DNA of 43,235 nt. Origin: Octopus bimaculoides. Taxonomy: Eukaryota. The stretch lies in NCBI RefSeq assembly GCF_001194135.2, contig NC_068997.1, positions 36,616 through 79,850 of the forward strand, written 5' to 3'. This document shows positions 11,358-22,745 of the stretch, piece after piece (positions within the stretch are counted from its first letter, which is position 1; every line of letters starts with the position of its first letter). The notes beneath the pieces are model-generated. The model did not search any database and had not been told where the DNA came from. It saw only the letters and a list, made by a program, of their open reading frames with translations. Both the position numbers and the translations under genes were made by a program.

Positions 11358-11821
11358 CTTGTCTAAAAGTGTCAAGTTTGCCTTACTTTCTAATCTCAGA
11401 GGCTTTGCAAAATGGAGCTCATAATGCCGCTCTTCATCCAGTGACTAACAACTGAAAAACATTCAGTGAAATTAAATCGCAACAATATTTTTGTAGATCC
11501 AAATTATAGATCTGCTACATGGTAATAAAAGCATTTTCACCACTGATTGTGCTTCAATAGGATTACAAATACAACGAGTAGTTAGTAGGAGGAAGGGTAT
11601 AGTAGTAGTTGGGTTAGGACTGAGAAGATTGGAATTTACAGATAAGAAAAAGAAGAAGAAAGTTTAAGACACACAATGAGTTGTATTATAAGTCCGTCTA
11701 CTCAGTATTCACAGGAACAAAAACAAGTTATGACAGAGCAGAAGAGATAGGGAGAAAATAATGCCTGCAAATGTTTCGATGAACATCTTTAAGCCACAAG
11801 AAACCAGCATTAGATACTTAC

Positions 11822-11949
11822 CAGAGCTATTTTCTTCGCAATCAAAACTCTCCGACAGCATTCCTTGCCTTGGACACACAAACTAAACAGTTGCTCCATT
11901 ACAGAAATGAGTTGGTCTTGAGCAGGAGACAGAGTCAAATTACCAACAC
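11822..11949 (-). CDS. SPG11: Spatacsin exon, GVGNLTLSPAQDQLISVMEQLFSLCVQGKECCRRVLIAKKIAL
   Basis: Acceptor cctgacag, donor GTAAGT, phase 1 to 0. Matches human EVVTNLEVLTSKCLHGKNYCRQVLCLYDLAK. Confidence 0.92.
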
Positions 11950-13040
11950 CTGTCAGGCTACCAAGACTTGCTGTAGTACACAGAATAAGGAAATTTATTC
12001 ATTATTTATCAAACTTGTAGGATAATAGCCTAGATATAAAAATAAAAACAATATGCTGTACAGTAATCTCTTGCTATATCCTGGTTCACCTATTACAGTT
12101 TATTGTTTAAGCTTACATCATTTCCTCCATGATGCTGTTTTGCATTTCTAATAAAATAAATATATGCAAATTATAAAAATAATAATAAAAAAAAAAATAC
12201 AGCACAGTACTGTTTCCACTTTGCAGATTTTCACCTATTGTGTGTGTGTGTGTGGGGGGGAGGGACAAAACACCCACATTAGTTGAAAGATTACTCTACT
12301 CATTAACACCTTGCTGATGGTATCATTGTATAAGGTTTGTATGGTTCTCAAAAGCCTTTGTACATGTGCAGAACTGTATGTTTTGCATGCATGGATAAAG
12401 TGGAGTTGATCAGGCATCAAACTTCTTATTTGTTTGAGTTATTGCAATAAAAGATGAAATGTCATTAAATTGTAATATGGCCCATATCCTATCTTCAAAC
12501 AAGTAACACAGCTGGACAATATACATACACTTACTGGAGCACACACACACACAATATCCAGTCAAAAATACTGGACCAATAGACAAAGATATAAGGAAAT
12601 AAATTTTTTATTCTTCAAATATATTTGTATTTATATAGACATCTTTTGAATTATTCTTAAATTTCATTCTCTCTATATATAATGGGTTTTTATAGAAATA
12701 AAACTTTCATAGAATTCCATTGATGTCTCTTCATATATGTGTTTTGTTTCCAAATCTCTCATATTCTTTTTACTCATAAACTATAGTAACTTCACAAAAT
12801 AATACTAGCCAAGCCTACATAGACTTAGTTTGCTTCAAACCACACTAAAGGATGGGCCTTGAATAAAGCTGCATAGATTGATAACCAGTCAAAAGTAATT
12901 GGATGCAAATGCAATTGCTATCTGTATATGCATTAATGTAGACATACCTTGAATACAAGATAAGTGTACATTAACTCATATATTTTTTTCTTGTGACTTG
13001 CCTTGCATTTACTTTGCATTGTTCTGGCCTTACCCATGAT

Positions 13041-13042
<2 letters not shown>

Positions 13043-13076
<34 letters not shown>
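13043..13076 (+). repeat. (AT)n microsatellite
   Basis: Direct inspection. Confidence 0.97.
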
Positions 13077-13079
<3 letters not shown>

Positions 13080-13396
13080 AAGGTTTGGAGGTGATGTACA
13101 GAAATTATATATAAAAAAATTTTTTTTAATTAAGGTACTCAGAAATCTGGATGATATATATATATCATCTATAAAACTCCTTACTCACCTGTTTTCCTGC
13201 CCATTTTGCATGCAATTCTTTCCAATGCAGACGTTTCTTGGACGCCCTGTTATTCATTGCTAAGATAAGATATTCTCTCATTTTTCGATCTTTTCATGCA
13301 TTCATCTGCCATCACCACTAATACTTAATTATTTCCTAATACCTACTTTTGTAAGCTAATTATTTCAATTGACCCTTCAATCTATAACTTCCTTAG

Positions 13397-13418
13397 TCTC
13401 TCTCTCTCTCTCTCTCTC
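13397..13418 (+). repeat. (TC)n microsatellite
   Basis: Direct inspection. Confidence 0.95.
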
Positions 13419-13939
13419 AGCCTTTCTTTCACCTTAATTCTTCATGTAATTTTCTAAATGAAATCTCTCCTCCCTTCTCCCTGTTCTCATTTCGGTTACA
13501 TATTTTTGTACCAACTCCCTAAATTAACCCTTGTTTGTTTGTGGTGCACCTGCACATTCCCACCCCCACCACCAATACCGGATATCTATCCATCTACCTA
13601 TCTCTTCTCCCACCTCCATCACCGGATATCTCTCTCCTCTCACCAGAAACCCCCTCCCTCACTGGTGGTGTACTCTATCATACCTGTAATCTCCTCCCTC
13701 TCTCTCTCCCGGGACAAATGCAACTAGTTTAGCTGTCCACCTACTTAATTGGCTATCTTTCGTTTTCACTCAAAATCTGTCAACAAACTACTCAGTAATT
13801 TCCATGGACGTATTGAAGTGGAAAGAGAAAGTTAATGGGCTGTACATGTATGCTGTTCCTGTGTGTGTGTGTGTGTGTGCGTGCGTACTTGTCTTGTGTG
13901 TGTATGTGCACATGCTTGTTCTTGTGTGTGTGGGCATGC

Positions 13940-14165
13940 TTGTTCCTCTCTTCTCTCACCATGGTTCCTGAAACGAAGAGGGAACTAGGCTACTGGAGTT
14001 CTGTGATGGATGTAAGCTATTAATCTGCTTCAGGAAGCCAGACAGCTACCTGATAACCTATCTATCAGGTGACTCTGCTAGCTAGATTGATTTCATCCTC
14101 ACCAAGCAGCAGGATGCAAGGTTGCTCTTAAATATAAAGACCCTCCCTGGTGAAGAATGAAGACG
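13940..14165 (+). mobile_element. Decayed RTE LINE endonuclease fragment
   Basis: Translates NEEGTRLLEFCDGCKLLIC and IDFILTKQQDARLLLNIKTLPGEE, parallel to SEEGTGLLEFCNAND at 27620. Confidence 0.7.
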
Positions 14166-14220
14166 TGTATCCCATATGTGTAGATGTGCATTAGAAATGT
14201 ATTAAAGTGAATTCACCAAC

Positions 14221-14377
14221 CATTAGAAAGCCGAAAGAAGGATGTGCCATTGTTGAACTGTCGAGAAAACTTGGTGGCGGGATTTTTGTTGATATCTGCA
14301 GACTCTAGCAGAAGTTGCTTTATTTCAGGTGCTATTTCATCAACACTGATGGAACCAATGCTGAGTCGGATGCAAGT
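14221..14377 (-). CDS. SPG11: Spatacsin exon, TCIRLSIGSISVDEIAPEIKQLLLESADINKNP...FFRLSN
   Basis: Acceptor tttttttcccccttctttag, donor GTTGGT, phase 0 to 1. Matches human HCRALASGEASMEDLHPEIHALLQSAE. Confidence 0.9.
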
Positions 14378-15146
14378 CTAAAGAAGGGGGAAAAAAACAA
14401 AAAAACAGAGTTAGTATCTTTCAAAGTTATTGCACTTTTTGCTTAGAATTTTTGTCTGTTTCTCTAAATTGTAATTTTAATGTTCACAATTACTGAACTT
14501 TTTACAGATGATGGTTATGGATACTTCTTCGTGAAAGAAGGAACCATTTCGACAAGATTCAAAAGGGTGTGTGTTATTACTTCAAATTCTGTAAAACAGT
14601 AAATCAAACACTGCTGCCTCTTTCACCATCATTTTCATCATTTTCCATGTTTGCATGGGTCAGACATAATTCATTGAGGCTGGTCTGCAACAACTGACTG
14701 CCCATTTATTCACCAACCCACATATGCTTCCAAGCAAGGGATGATGCCCATCTTTCAAGCAGAAAAATAGTAGGTGAAAGATTGGCTCAGTCATCTTATA
14801 ACAATCAATATAGTAACTACAATTTGTTTTATTTTATAATTTTTCATAAGAATTTGGTATTCTTATGCATGCAAAAACTTATATATAAACCCTGAGTCAT
14901 GAGGTTAAAAGTTTCTCCTTCTCATTGACTTGATATTTTGCATTTTTGTTTCTGCATAACACACTCTTTTACACTTTCAGCATAAGGTCGCGAAATCAAT
15001 GTGAGGATTTTCAATCAACCAAAACATTCTTTAAATGTCGTCTTTATTATGAAATATGTCACATTCATCTCTAATATTTTTGACAATTTGAAATACTAAA
15101 CCTTGTAGCTAATAATCAAGTCAAACAAATTGTTAGAGTCATTTAC

Positions 15147-15263
15147 CAAAATGATAGCAAGGTCTTGACTATAGAATGAAAACTCAGCAGCAACTCTACA
15201 GCAGTCAGACAGATGTGCTTCACTGAGAAGTTCACCAATCAATAGACTTACAGCTCTTTGTTC
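15147..15263 (-). CDS. SPG11: Spatacsin exon, EQRAVSLLIGELLSEAHLSDCCRVAAEFSFYSQDLAIIL
   Basis: Acceptor tttattctttgcag, donor GTAAAT, phase 0 to 0. Strong match to human EQESLNFLIGRLLDDGCVHEASRVCRYFHFYNPDVALVL. Confidence 0.95.
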
Positions 15264-15454
15264 CTGCAAAGAATAAACAACAAACAAGTCTGAGATTTTA
15301 AGATCAATATTTAATATTTTTGTTACTTGAAAAGAATAAATAGATGAACGTAAAACAGACATGACAGTTCTAATTCATAAAGCAATATACATATTTACAA
15401 GAGTCATTCAGATAAAAAAAACAGTTATTAATATTAATTGTAATGTCCACCTAC

Positions 15455-15610
15455 ACTATCAGAGAATTCACTTTGTTTTTGAGATATATTAGGCATTTTC
15501 CCATGCTGCAGAAGCTCGGTCTTCAATGCAGATGTTTTTGATTGAACTGGATATGTTTCCTCAACTCCTGAAAATATCTCATCAATAGGTGCCACCAATG
15601 AAGGGATTCG
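15455..15610 (-). CDS. SPG11: Spatacsin exon, RIPSLVAPIDEIFSGVEETY...ELLQHGKMPNISQKQSEFSDS
   Basis: Acceptor gtgctttcag, donor GTAGGT, phase 0 to 0. Joined to the next exon it gives EFSDS-EQRAVSLLIG, like human RLDWK-EQESLNFLIG. Confidence 0.8.
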
Positions 15611-15741
15611 CTGAAAGCACATAACAGAAAAGAGCAAATCAACAATGCAAGAGACAGCATATATAGATATATAGATGTGTGTGTCTGTGTGCGTGCCTAT
15701 ATGTAAATATATGTATATGTGTGAGCATGCCTGTATGTATA

Positions 15742-16130
15742 TCATCATCATCGTTTAACGTCCGCTTTTCATGCTAGCATGGGTTGGACGATTTGACTGA
15801 GGACTGGTGAACCAGATGGCTACACCAGGCTCCAATCTGATTTGGCAGTGTTTCTACAGCTGGATGCCCTTCCTAATGCCAACCACTCCGAGAGTGTAGT
15901 GGGTGCTTTTATGTGCCACCAGCACGAGGGCTAGTCAGGCGGCACTGGCAATGGCCATGCTCAAAATGGTGTATTTTATGTGGCACCCACACAAGAGCCA
16001 GTCCAGGGGCACTGGCAACGATCTCACTCGAATGTTTTTACACATGCCACCAGCACAAGTGCCAGGAAGGCGATGCTGGGCACAGGTGCTGTCACAATTT
16101 TGCTTACCCCAATAGGTCTTCGCAAGCCGA
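15742..16130 (-). mobile_element. RTE LINE 3' end (5'-truncated)
   Basis: Reverse complement aligns along its length with 10951-11357, with the same ggcttgcgaagac start and (ATC)n tail on the plus strand. Confidence 0.88.
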
Positions 16131-17032
16131 GGAAAACAGAAAATAGAGATAAAATTGATGAATAATAATTGATTTACATCAATTATCATTTATTAATTAA
16201 TTACAAAAAGACATTATCTAATCTTACAGCTGTTTCCATTAGTGCGATTCCCAGGCTTAACCATCTCAGTAATAATATTAGTTATCATTGTAAGTAATTA
16301 ATTATACCAGTTTGAATGATGGAACTTCACCAGAGTGGAAAAGTAAAGAAAAAGGAGAAAGCGAGGAAACAATGATGTATCAACTCATGTTACTTGCTGT
16401 CCCTCTGGGAAACTTTTGGCCAACTAGAATTTAGAAATAGACGAATTGGGATAGTTACAATATTTAGTGGTGTATTCCTATATACAGAGGGAAGGCTGCT
16501 GCTGGCATGGGCCTACCTATCATTTATGAGCATTAATACTAATGTTCATGGTCACATGTAGGTAATACACTCATTGGATACAAGTATCCCTTAGATGGTT
16601 GTTATAACCTCTCACTTAACTCACCTATATGAAGAATAAGAAAACGGAGATATTGAAGTTAATAAGAGTTTATTATCAATCATTATCTCTGACAATTGTT
16701 TCAATTAAGGTCAGTGAAATTAAAAATGTATTAAAATCATATCTCTGAGCTTAATCTCTTCAGAGTGGGGAAAGAATATACTATTAGAAATATTATGTGT
16801 TAGTTATTTGAAAGGGCTGTGATGATTTGAATTCTTTTATTAAAAACCCATTTGAATTCTTTTACTAACATAAAATATAAATTTTCTACAATGCTAGCTA
16901 TGTATATACAATTGTACCTCCCATAATTCCTGCAATAACATTTCCTCTTCCAGTTAATAAGTGCACCTCCATGTATAACTAAATTTCATCTACCCATTAC
17001 AACATTGTACAAAATATGAATCCTGAAAAATA

Positions 17033-17128
17033 TACTCTCTCTGATGAAGGAAGCAGTATCTAATTTATGGAGGGAAAACACTCTTAAAATCTATGGATTA
17101 CTGTGCCCTTGAAATGGCCGTAAGAATA
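17033..17128 (+). ncRNA. Candidate minimal type-I hammerhead ribozyme (Penelope-like terminus), degenerate
   Basis: tct-CTGATGA(17041-47), long stem II, GAAA(17111-14), TGGCCG, TA, aga. See finding for pairings. Confidence 0.5.
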
Positions 17129-17391
17129 CTACTACCGACAGTTTATCTAAACAGGATTACCTATTTTCTTGGATTAGTTACATATATTTTCTGAAGAATC
17201 TAATCTCAACTGACTTTCCTTTATTCGCTCTTTTCCTAAAACTTTATTTTATCTACATTCTCGTAAGGGCAAATTTATTTTCAAATATCTTTTACAAAGC
17301 CATTCTACAAAGTCTTTTAATATGATTGTAATTCTAAATGTCTCTCTATATATATCTTTATACAGCTATACTGTAATACATACATATATAT

Positions 17392-17505
17392 CATCATCAT
17401 CGTCGTTGTGTAACGCTTGCTTTCCATGCTGGCATGGGTTGGACGGTTTGACTGAGGACTGGCAAACCAGATGGCTGCACTGGCAAAGTTTCTACAGCTG
17501 GATGT
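17392..17505 (-). mobile_element. Short RTE 3' end with internal deletion
   Basis: catcatcatcgtcg...ttccatgctggcatgggttggacgg...ttctacagctggatg; lacks the ccaggctccaatctgatt segment seen in other copies. Confidence 0.75.
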
Positions 17506-18002
17506 AATGGGCATTGGCCAGCAGACATGTCATAGCAGTTGTCCTTGCATCATTCCACCATCAATTATGCTGTCCTTGCCACCTCCTCTGGATGCGGGTG
17601 TCAAACTAACATTAGTATAAGCAATGTTAGTGCAGGTATAAGTGAAGACATATAGAGGCTAACTAGTTAATCACTGTCACCTCCATTGATGGTGGGCACC
17701 ATATACCCTACTAGCATTAGTACAGAGCAATGTTAGTGGAAATACAGGTAAGTTAGGTAAATAGGTAGGATAGGGGTAGTTAATTTGTTATATGTAAGCA
17801 ATAAAACCCAGTGATGCATAGTCATGCAATATGAATGGAACAGATGGGGTGGGGGTCAAAGAGTGTGTTTGAATTTCAGCAATATGAATGCAACTAATGG
17901 GCAGAGAGTGGGGTTAAAGGGGTAGCTGTGAGATATGATATAAAGTTACGAAAATAAAATAATCTCTTCACAAATTATTCTGATATGATTATAATAACTC
18001 AC

Positions 18003-18188
18003 CTCAACTTTTGGTACTTTGGCCATAATTCTGCAATACCACATCTTATGACTGAGATCATTTATATAATTAGCATAGAGATTTCCTGAAGGGTCAGGTG
18101 CATCTATCAAACTTTGTACACAGAGTTCATACATAATGGCCTGTTCATTCATGTTTGTGTTATTCTGGTTACATTTGTTAATCTCATC
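18003..18188 (-). CDS. SPG11: Spatacsin exon, DEINKCNQNNTNMNEQAIMYELCVQSL...INDLSHKMWYCRIMAKVPKVE
   Basis: Acceptor tgttttgttag, donor GTGAGT, phase 0 to 0. Matches human EERHLLLTLAGHWL...LEELEKQIWLCRI. Confidence 0.9.
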
Positions 18189-18377
18189 CTAACAAAACAT
18201 CAGAAAGAAAATATTTGCAATTTGGACAAAGAAGATAAACATATAAGCTACTTTAGTCATATAAACCAATTATTATATGGTTAACCATATAAACCAGTTA
18301 GAAGATAGTGAGAATATTAAAACTGAGATTTTACACACCAAGTTTTACCACTGTGGCAATGGCAAAACTGCTTAATA

Positions 18378-19252
18378 TGAGGCGGTATCGAAAAGTTCCT
18401 GGACTAGTTCTGTAGTGCACCAGCAGATGGCAGCATACTGTTGCATGTGCAGTGAGAGATAGCAGTGACCTTCACGAGGCAGTGTGCCAAGTGACATCAC
18501 TGCGTTTACTTTGTAAGTTGTGAAATTTTTTTGTTTTTTGTGATCACGTGTGTCTGCTGTAGCCTGCAATTTTTTCATGGACAGGAACAAAGAGTCAGCA
18601 TGAAATTTTGAGTGAAACTTGGAATGTCTGCCACAGAGACATTGAGCATGCTTCAGTGATGAGGCAATGGGTTGTACACAATGTTTCAAGTGGTACGGGT
18701 GCTTCAAAAGTGGAAGAACATCTCTGGAAGACCTTCCATGGGTGTCACCCCTGGCATTGTGCATTGAGAATTTGTTCCCCCCAGGGCCATCAATTCAGAG
18801 TTCTATTGTGACGTTTTGAAGTGTTTGTGGCAGGACATTCAACAAAAGGAACTGGATCTGTGGAGTGTGAAGAATTGGATTCTTTACAAAGACAGGGCAC
18901 CTTGTCACCAAGCTCTCCTCAGCATTGAGTTTCTTGCCAAAAAACAACATGGTATTGCTTCCACACCTACCCTATTTGCCAAATTTAGCACCTGCAGACT
19001 TCCATATTTTCCCAAAATGAAAATGCAGCCTAATGGTTGCCATTTGAAAACCATTGTTGAGATCAAGAGCAAATTGCAGAAGGTCATCAACTTGCTTACA
19101 GTAAATGACTTCCAGGTTGGATTCCAAAAGTGGCAAGAATGATGAGACCAGTGTATTGCTGTGCAAGGTGAGTATTTTGAAGGAGATGGTGTTAAAACAT
19201 TGGTGAATAAGTTATTTTTCATTAAATGTAACTAGTCCTGGAACTTCTTGAT
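18378..19252 (+). mobile_element. Internally deleted, decayed Tc1/mariner element
   Basis: Left TIR TA-tgaggcggtatcgaaaagttcctggactagtt; right TIR aactagtcctggaacttcttgat (truncated). HTH remnant EQRVSMKF*VKLGMSATETL; catalytic remnant WILYKDRAPCHQAL...FPKMK...FQKWQE**DQCIAVQGEYFEGD. Confidence 0.88.
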
Positions 19253-20082
19253 GCAATAAAGAAGAAATACAACTGGCAACCCACAATTAACTGGTCACAA
19301 GTTTTAGATTTGACCATTTTTCATTTTTTAAGTTATCCAATTAATTCAGAGGAAGCTACACTTTTATCATGCTAATTTTATAAAGTCAGTTAGTATTGAC
19401 TTGACAACAAAAAGCTAACAATTTTCTTTCACAATATTTTACTTGTTTAATATAAAGCTGATAACAATGTAAAGCAATATAATATAACAGTATGGAAGCC
19501 AGTAACAAAATGAAATTTAAAATGTAACATTCAGTCAAGAAACAAAAGCAAAACTTTTATTTTCTTCTCTTGTATGACCAGATAATGTTGTCTTAGCATG
19601 TTAGTCAAATAATACAACATGTCATCTGCTCAGCAGATTTGTCTTTCTTCTTTCCAATTTGTTTCCATCTCACTTTCTCTTTGTGGTAGCAGTTTCTTTT
19701 TTTCTCACAGTATCTTCTCTCTCTCTCTCACTGTCATAGCATATATTCTGTTATCTTCCTCTCTCACTCCCTTCTGCTAGATGACTTTCACATTCTCACT
19801 TTCTCTATTCTCTCAACATTCTTCTTTTGCCATTTCTGAACACAGACACACATCCCACATATATCTAATTTTTCTAAATAATGATACTTTTTGTCAAAAG
19901 GTTAAAAGTTGAGCTTTTAGTGACGTTAGACAAAGAACTAGTAAACATAAAACTATTAACCAAAAATACAATACTAAGTAACCAATGAAACAAGGTGTAA
20001 AGTTAGAGAATGAATCAATTCACACATAGTTAAGAAAATTAGATGCACATTTTGGACAAAATTAAGTAAGACAAGAAATTAC

Positions 20083-20220
20083 CTGGAAAAACTGCACAAT
20101 TCTCATAGGAGATACACCGTATCTATTAAATTTTGCAAGACAATCTTTCCAGAAATTTACACGGATAAATTCAGACAACCAGCAATGACTTTTCTGTAGC
20201 TTTGACTTTTCATTATTAAT
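20083..20220 (-). CDS. SPG11: Spatacsin exon, INNEKSKLQKSHCWLSEFIRVNFWKDCLAKFNRYGVSPMRIVQFFQ
   Basis: Acceptor caattcttag, donor GTAATT, phase 0 to 0. Matches human QWSLKQARIDFWKKCNENFKKNSISSKAASSFF. Confidence 0.92.
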
Positions 20221-21729
20221 CTAAGAATTGAAATAAAATTTATCAAGTTCATCATCAATAGTATGTTTGCTTTTCAATACTGCTATGAATTAAAAAAAAA
20301 TATACAAAAGGAAAAGAATCCAAAATTAGGTTTGATATATTTAGTTAAAATAACCTCTTTTTAAGTTAAAAAGCATCAATGTCTTATATGTTCAAACTTA
20401 CATTTAAATAATAATTTCAGCAAGTAACAATGCTGTCTTGATATTCATTGCACTTATTTTTAAACAGGTGGCTGAATGCTATGATAGATAAGATCTATTC
20501 CAACAAAGGTTAAGGGTATTTTAGTGCTGGTGATTTGGCATTACTGACTCTGCCAATTTGGTAAGAAACAATTTAGCACAGAAAAATTCTTGTTTATATT
20601 CTATGTAATTAACTGATACTTACAAGTTGGACATGAACCACAGCAGAAATTAAAGAGATACTCGTATTTTCCAAATGAAAAACTAAAAGCTACATTTCTC
20701 TTTATAACATTAACAATATAATTAACAAATAAGCTCTTGCTATGAAAGTAAAGGGAGATAACTTCATATTTTAATTTAATTTAATTTTAATATTTCTGCC
20801 TTTCTTTATTTCCCTGTTCTTGGCTGAATGTGCATGTATGTGTGCATGTCTATCTACTTTTAGTACCAAACCATCTTTGTCATTCATTCTTCCTATTATA
20901 AAACAATATGAGCATGGTAAAATAGCTGTACAAATTGTTGGTTGTATACTGAGAAATGTGATTTTCTTCTGATTTTTATTCTTCCAAAAATATTGAGTGT
21001 AAAGAGAATAGATCATGTGTCCTACTATTTTGCCTTCTTTGTTTTTCACCAGTTATCAAAATGGATTTGTGATGATTAAGAAAAACTTGGTGGCTGCTTC
21101 TAAACTTTATTCAACTCAATTGTTTAGTTACAGTTTAGAACAACATGTTGTTGTATATCTTATTAATATGGTCTCCAAGACTACTTTAGGTTGTACCATT
21201 CAGTACTGGTTTTAAGTATGGACATCCACAAATGAATATTAAATAACAGTAATAAAATAGGACTCTCATCATCTGAAACACTTTATGACACACTTCCAAC
21301 CTTTAATACATCTATTTGTCTCACTATTTATATTACTTTATATTAGCCTATGTTAAAACACATCCTTCCTACACAGATTTTCTCTCCAAATGTAATACTA
21401 CAATTCAAACTAAACCTATTTCGTACTAACCCTGATCCAAATATGTTACCTCTGAAACCAAGGAAACCTTCCATAGTATTATTCACTGTTTTGTTCCATC
21501 AAATATGAAAAATGAGTGTACTGATTGTGAAGACACGGTAAGAACATAGTTTAAGTACATCTTCAGATAGAAATATACTTACATATATTCAGCAAGATGG
21601 TGTTTCCATGATAAATAACTTGGAATATGAAATGAGTCCACAGATTAAAATTGTATACAAGCCACAATGACTTTAAGTAAGCTAGAGTTAATTGTTGTCA
21701 AATATTTTAGGAGAAATGTTATTAATTAC

Positions 21730-21944
21730 CTCAGTAAATGTTATTTCTTCATGATTGATATCAGCAAACTCACACAACATACGAGCATCATCATAGAGCT
21801 TCTTGTTAACAATTTCTGCCACTAGGGGCTCCACCTGGGTGGCTAAATGTTGTCGATCTTTCACCAGGAAAGAGGAGAATGGGATAGTGAGTTGGTTCTT
21901 CTGAAGGATTTCAGCCACTTGCAAAAGTTGAGAGTAATTCAAAC
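21730..21944 (-). CDS. SPG11: Spatacsin exon, GLNYSQLLQVAEILQKNQLTIPF...LYDDARMLCEFADINHEEITFTE
   Basis: Acceptor ctattttaacag, donor GTAATT, phase 1 to 0. Matches human LQTDGQFALARRVAELAELPVDNLVIKE. Confidence 0.9.
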
Positions 21945-22284
21945 CTGTTAAAATAGAGACATACTATTAAAATAGAAACTATCAAACAGAAATTTAACAT
22001 CAGCAAATCTTTTAATTAGATATGAATCTATGTTAGCTGTCAGATTAGTTATAAGCAGAAATTACAAATCTGCCAATGAAAGAGCCTCTGTAAAATCAGT
22101 CAACCAGCTAAAATAAGTAACTAAATTGCTTCACATTTTACACTATCTTATAAATGGATGAATATGTAGCATCAAGAATTCTTGAATCTTATCTATAAAA
22201 GAAAACAGAATGATGATAGGTTAAATTTGGTCAAACAATGGAATACTGACACACAGACATATTTTCTAACTTCAAATATATATT

Positions 22285-22490
22285 TATCTTTTATGTTTTA
22301 CTTGTTTCAGTCATTAGACTGTGGCCACGCTGGGGCACCACCTTAAAGAATATTAGTCAAACAAATTGACTCCAATACTTATTTCTTTTCTTAAGCCTCA
22401 TAATTCTTTCTGTCTATTTGCTGAACTGCTAAGTCATGGGGACACACCAGCACCAGTTGTCGAGAACTGGTGGAGGACACAGACAGACAA
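22285..22490 (-). mobile_element. Probable SINE 3' portion (tail ttttatcttttatgttttacttgtttcagtcattagactg on plus strand)
   Basis: Simple-repeat tail plus a GC-richer ggccacgctggggcaccacc core. Family call from recall only. Confidence 0.45.
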
Positions 22491-22589
22491 ACAGACACAC
22501 TTTATTTGTATTTATATACCATTGCAGTGTTGCACACTCATTTTTCACTGTTTGATATTAGCATATATATATATATATATATATACACA

Positions 22590-22745
22590 CAATAGGCTTC
22601 TTCCAGTTTCCATCTACAAAATCCACCCACAAGGCTTTGGTCAGCCCAAGGATATAGCAGAATACACTTGTCTAAGGTCTCACACACTGGGACAGAAACC
22701 AGGTTGGGAAGCAAACTTTGTACCACACAGTCACACCTTTGCCTA
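22590..22745 (-). mobile_element. SINE family B head, adjoining (TA)n at 22562-22583
   Basis: Reverse complement matches the 7257 and 30500 heads (gcttcccaacc...ccaaagccttgtg...ggaaactg.aagaagcc). Confidence 0.65.

Noticed and set aside
14508-14566. Plus-strand exon-like unit (ctttttacag ... AGG|GTGTGT), open as DGYGYFFVKEGTISTRFKR.
   Set aside because: Isolated, weak donor, no recognisable protein, no partner exons found.
15264-15454. Alternative donor (+4 nt, GTGGAC) with upstream acceptor (15325) would add 66 nt in frame.
   Set aside because: Needs two weaker sites together; the shorter junction aligns better with human spatacsin.
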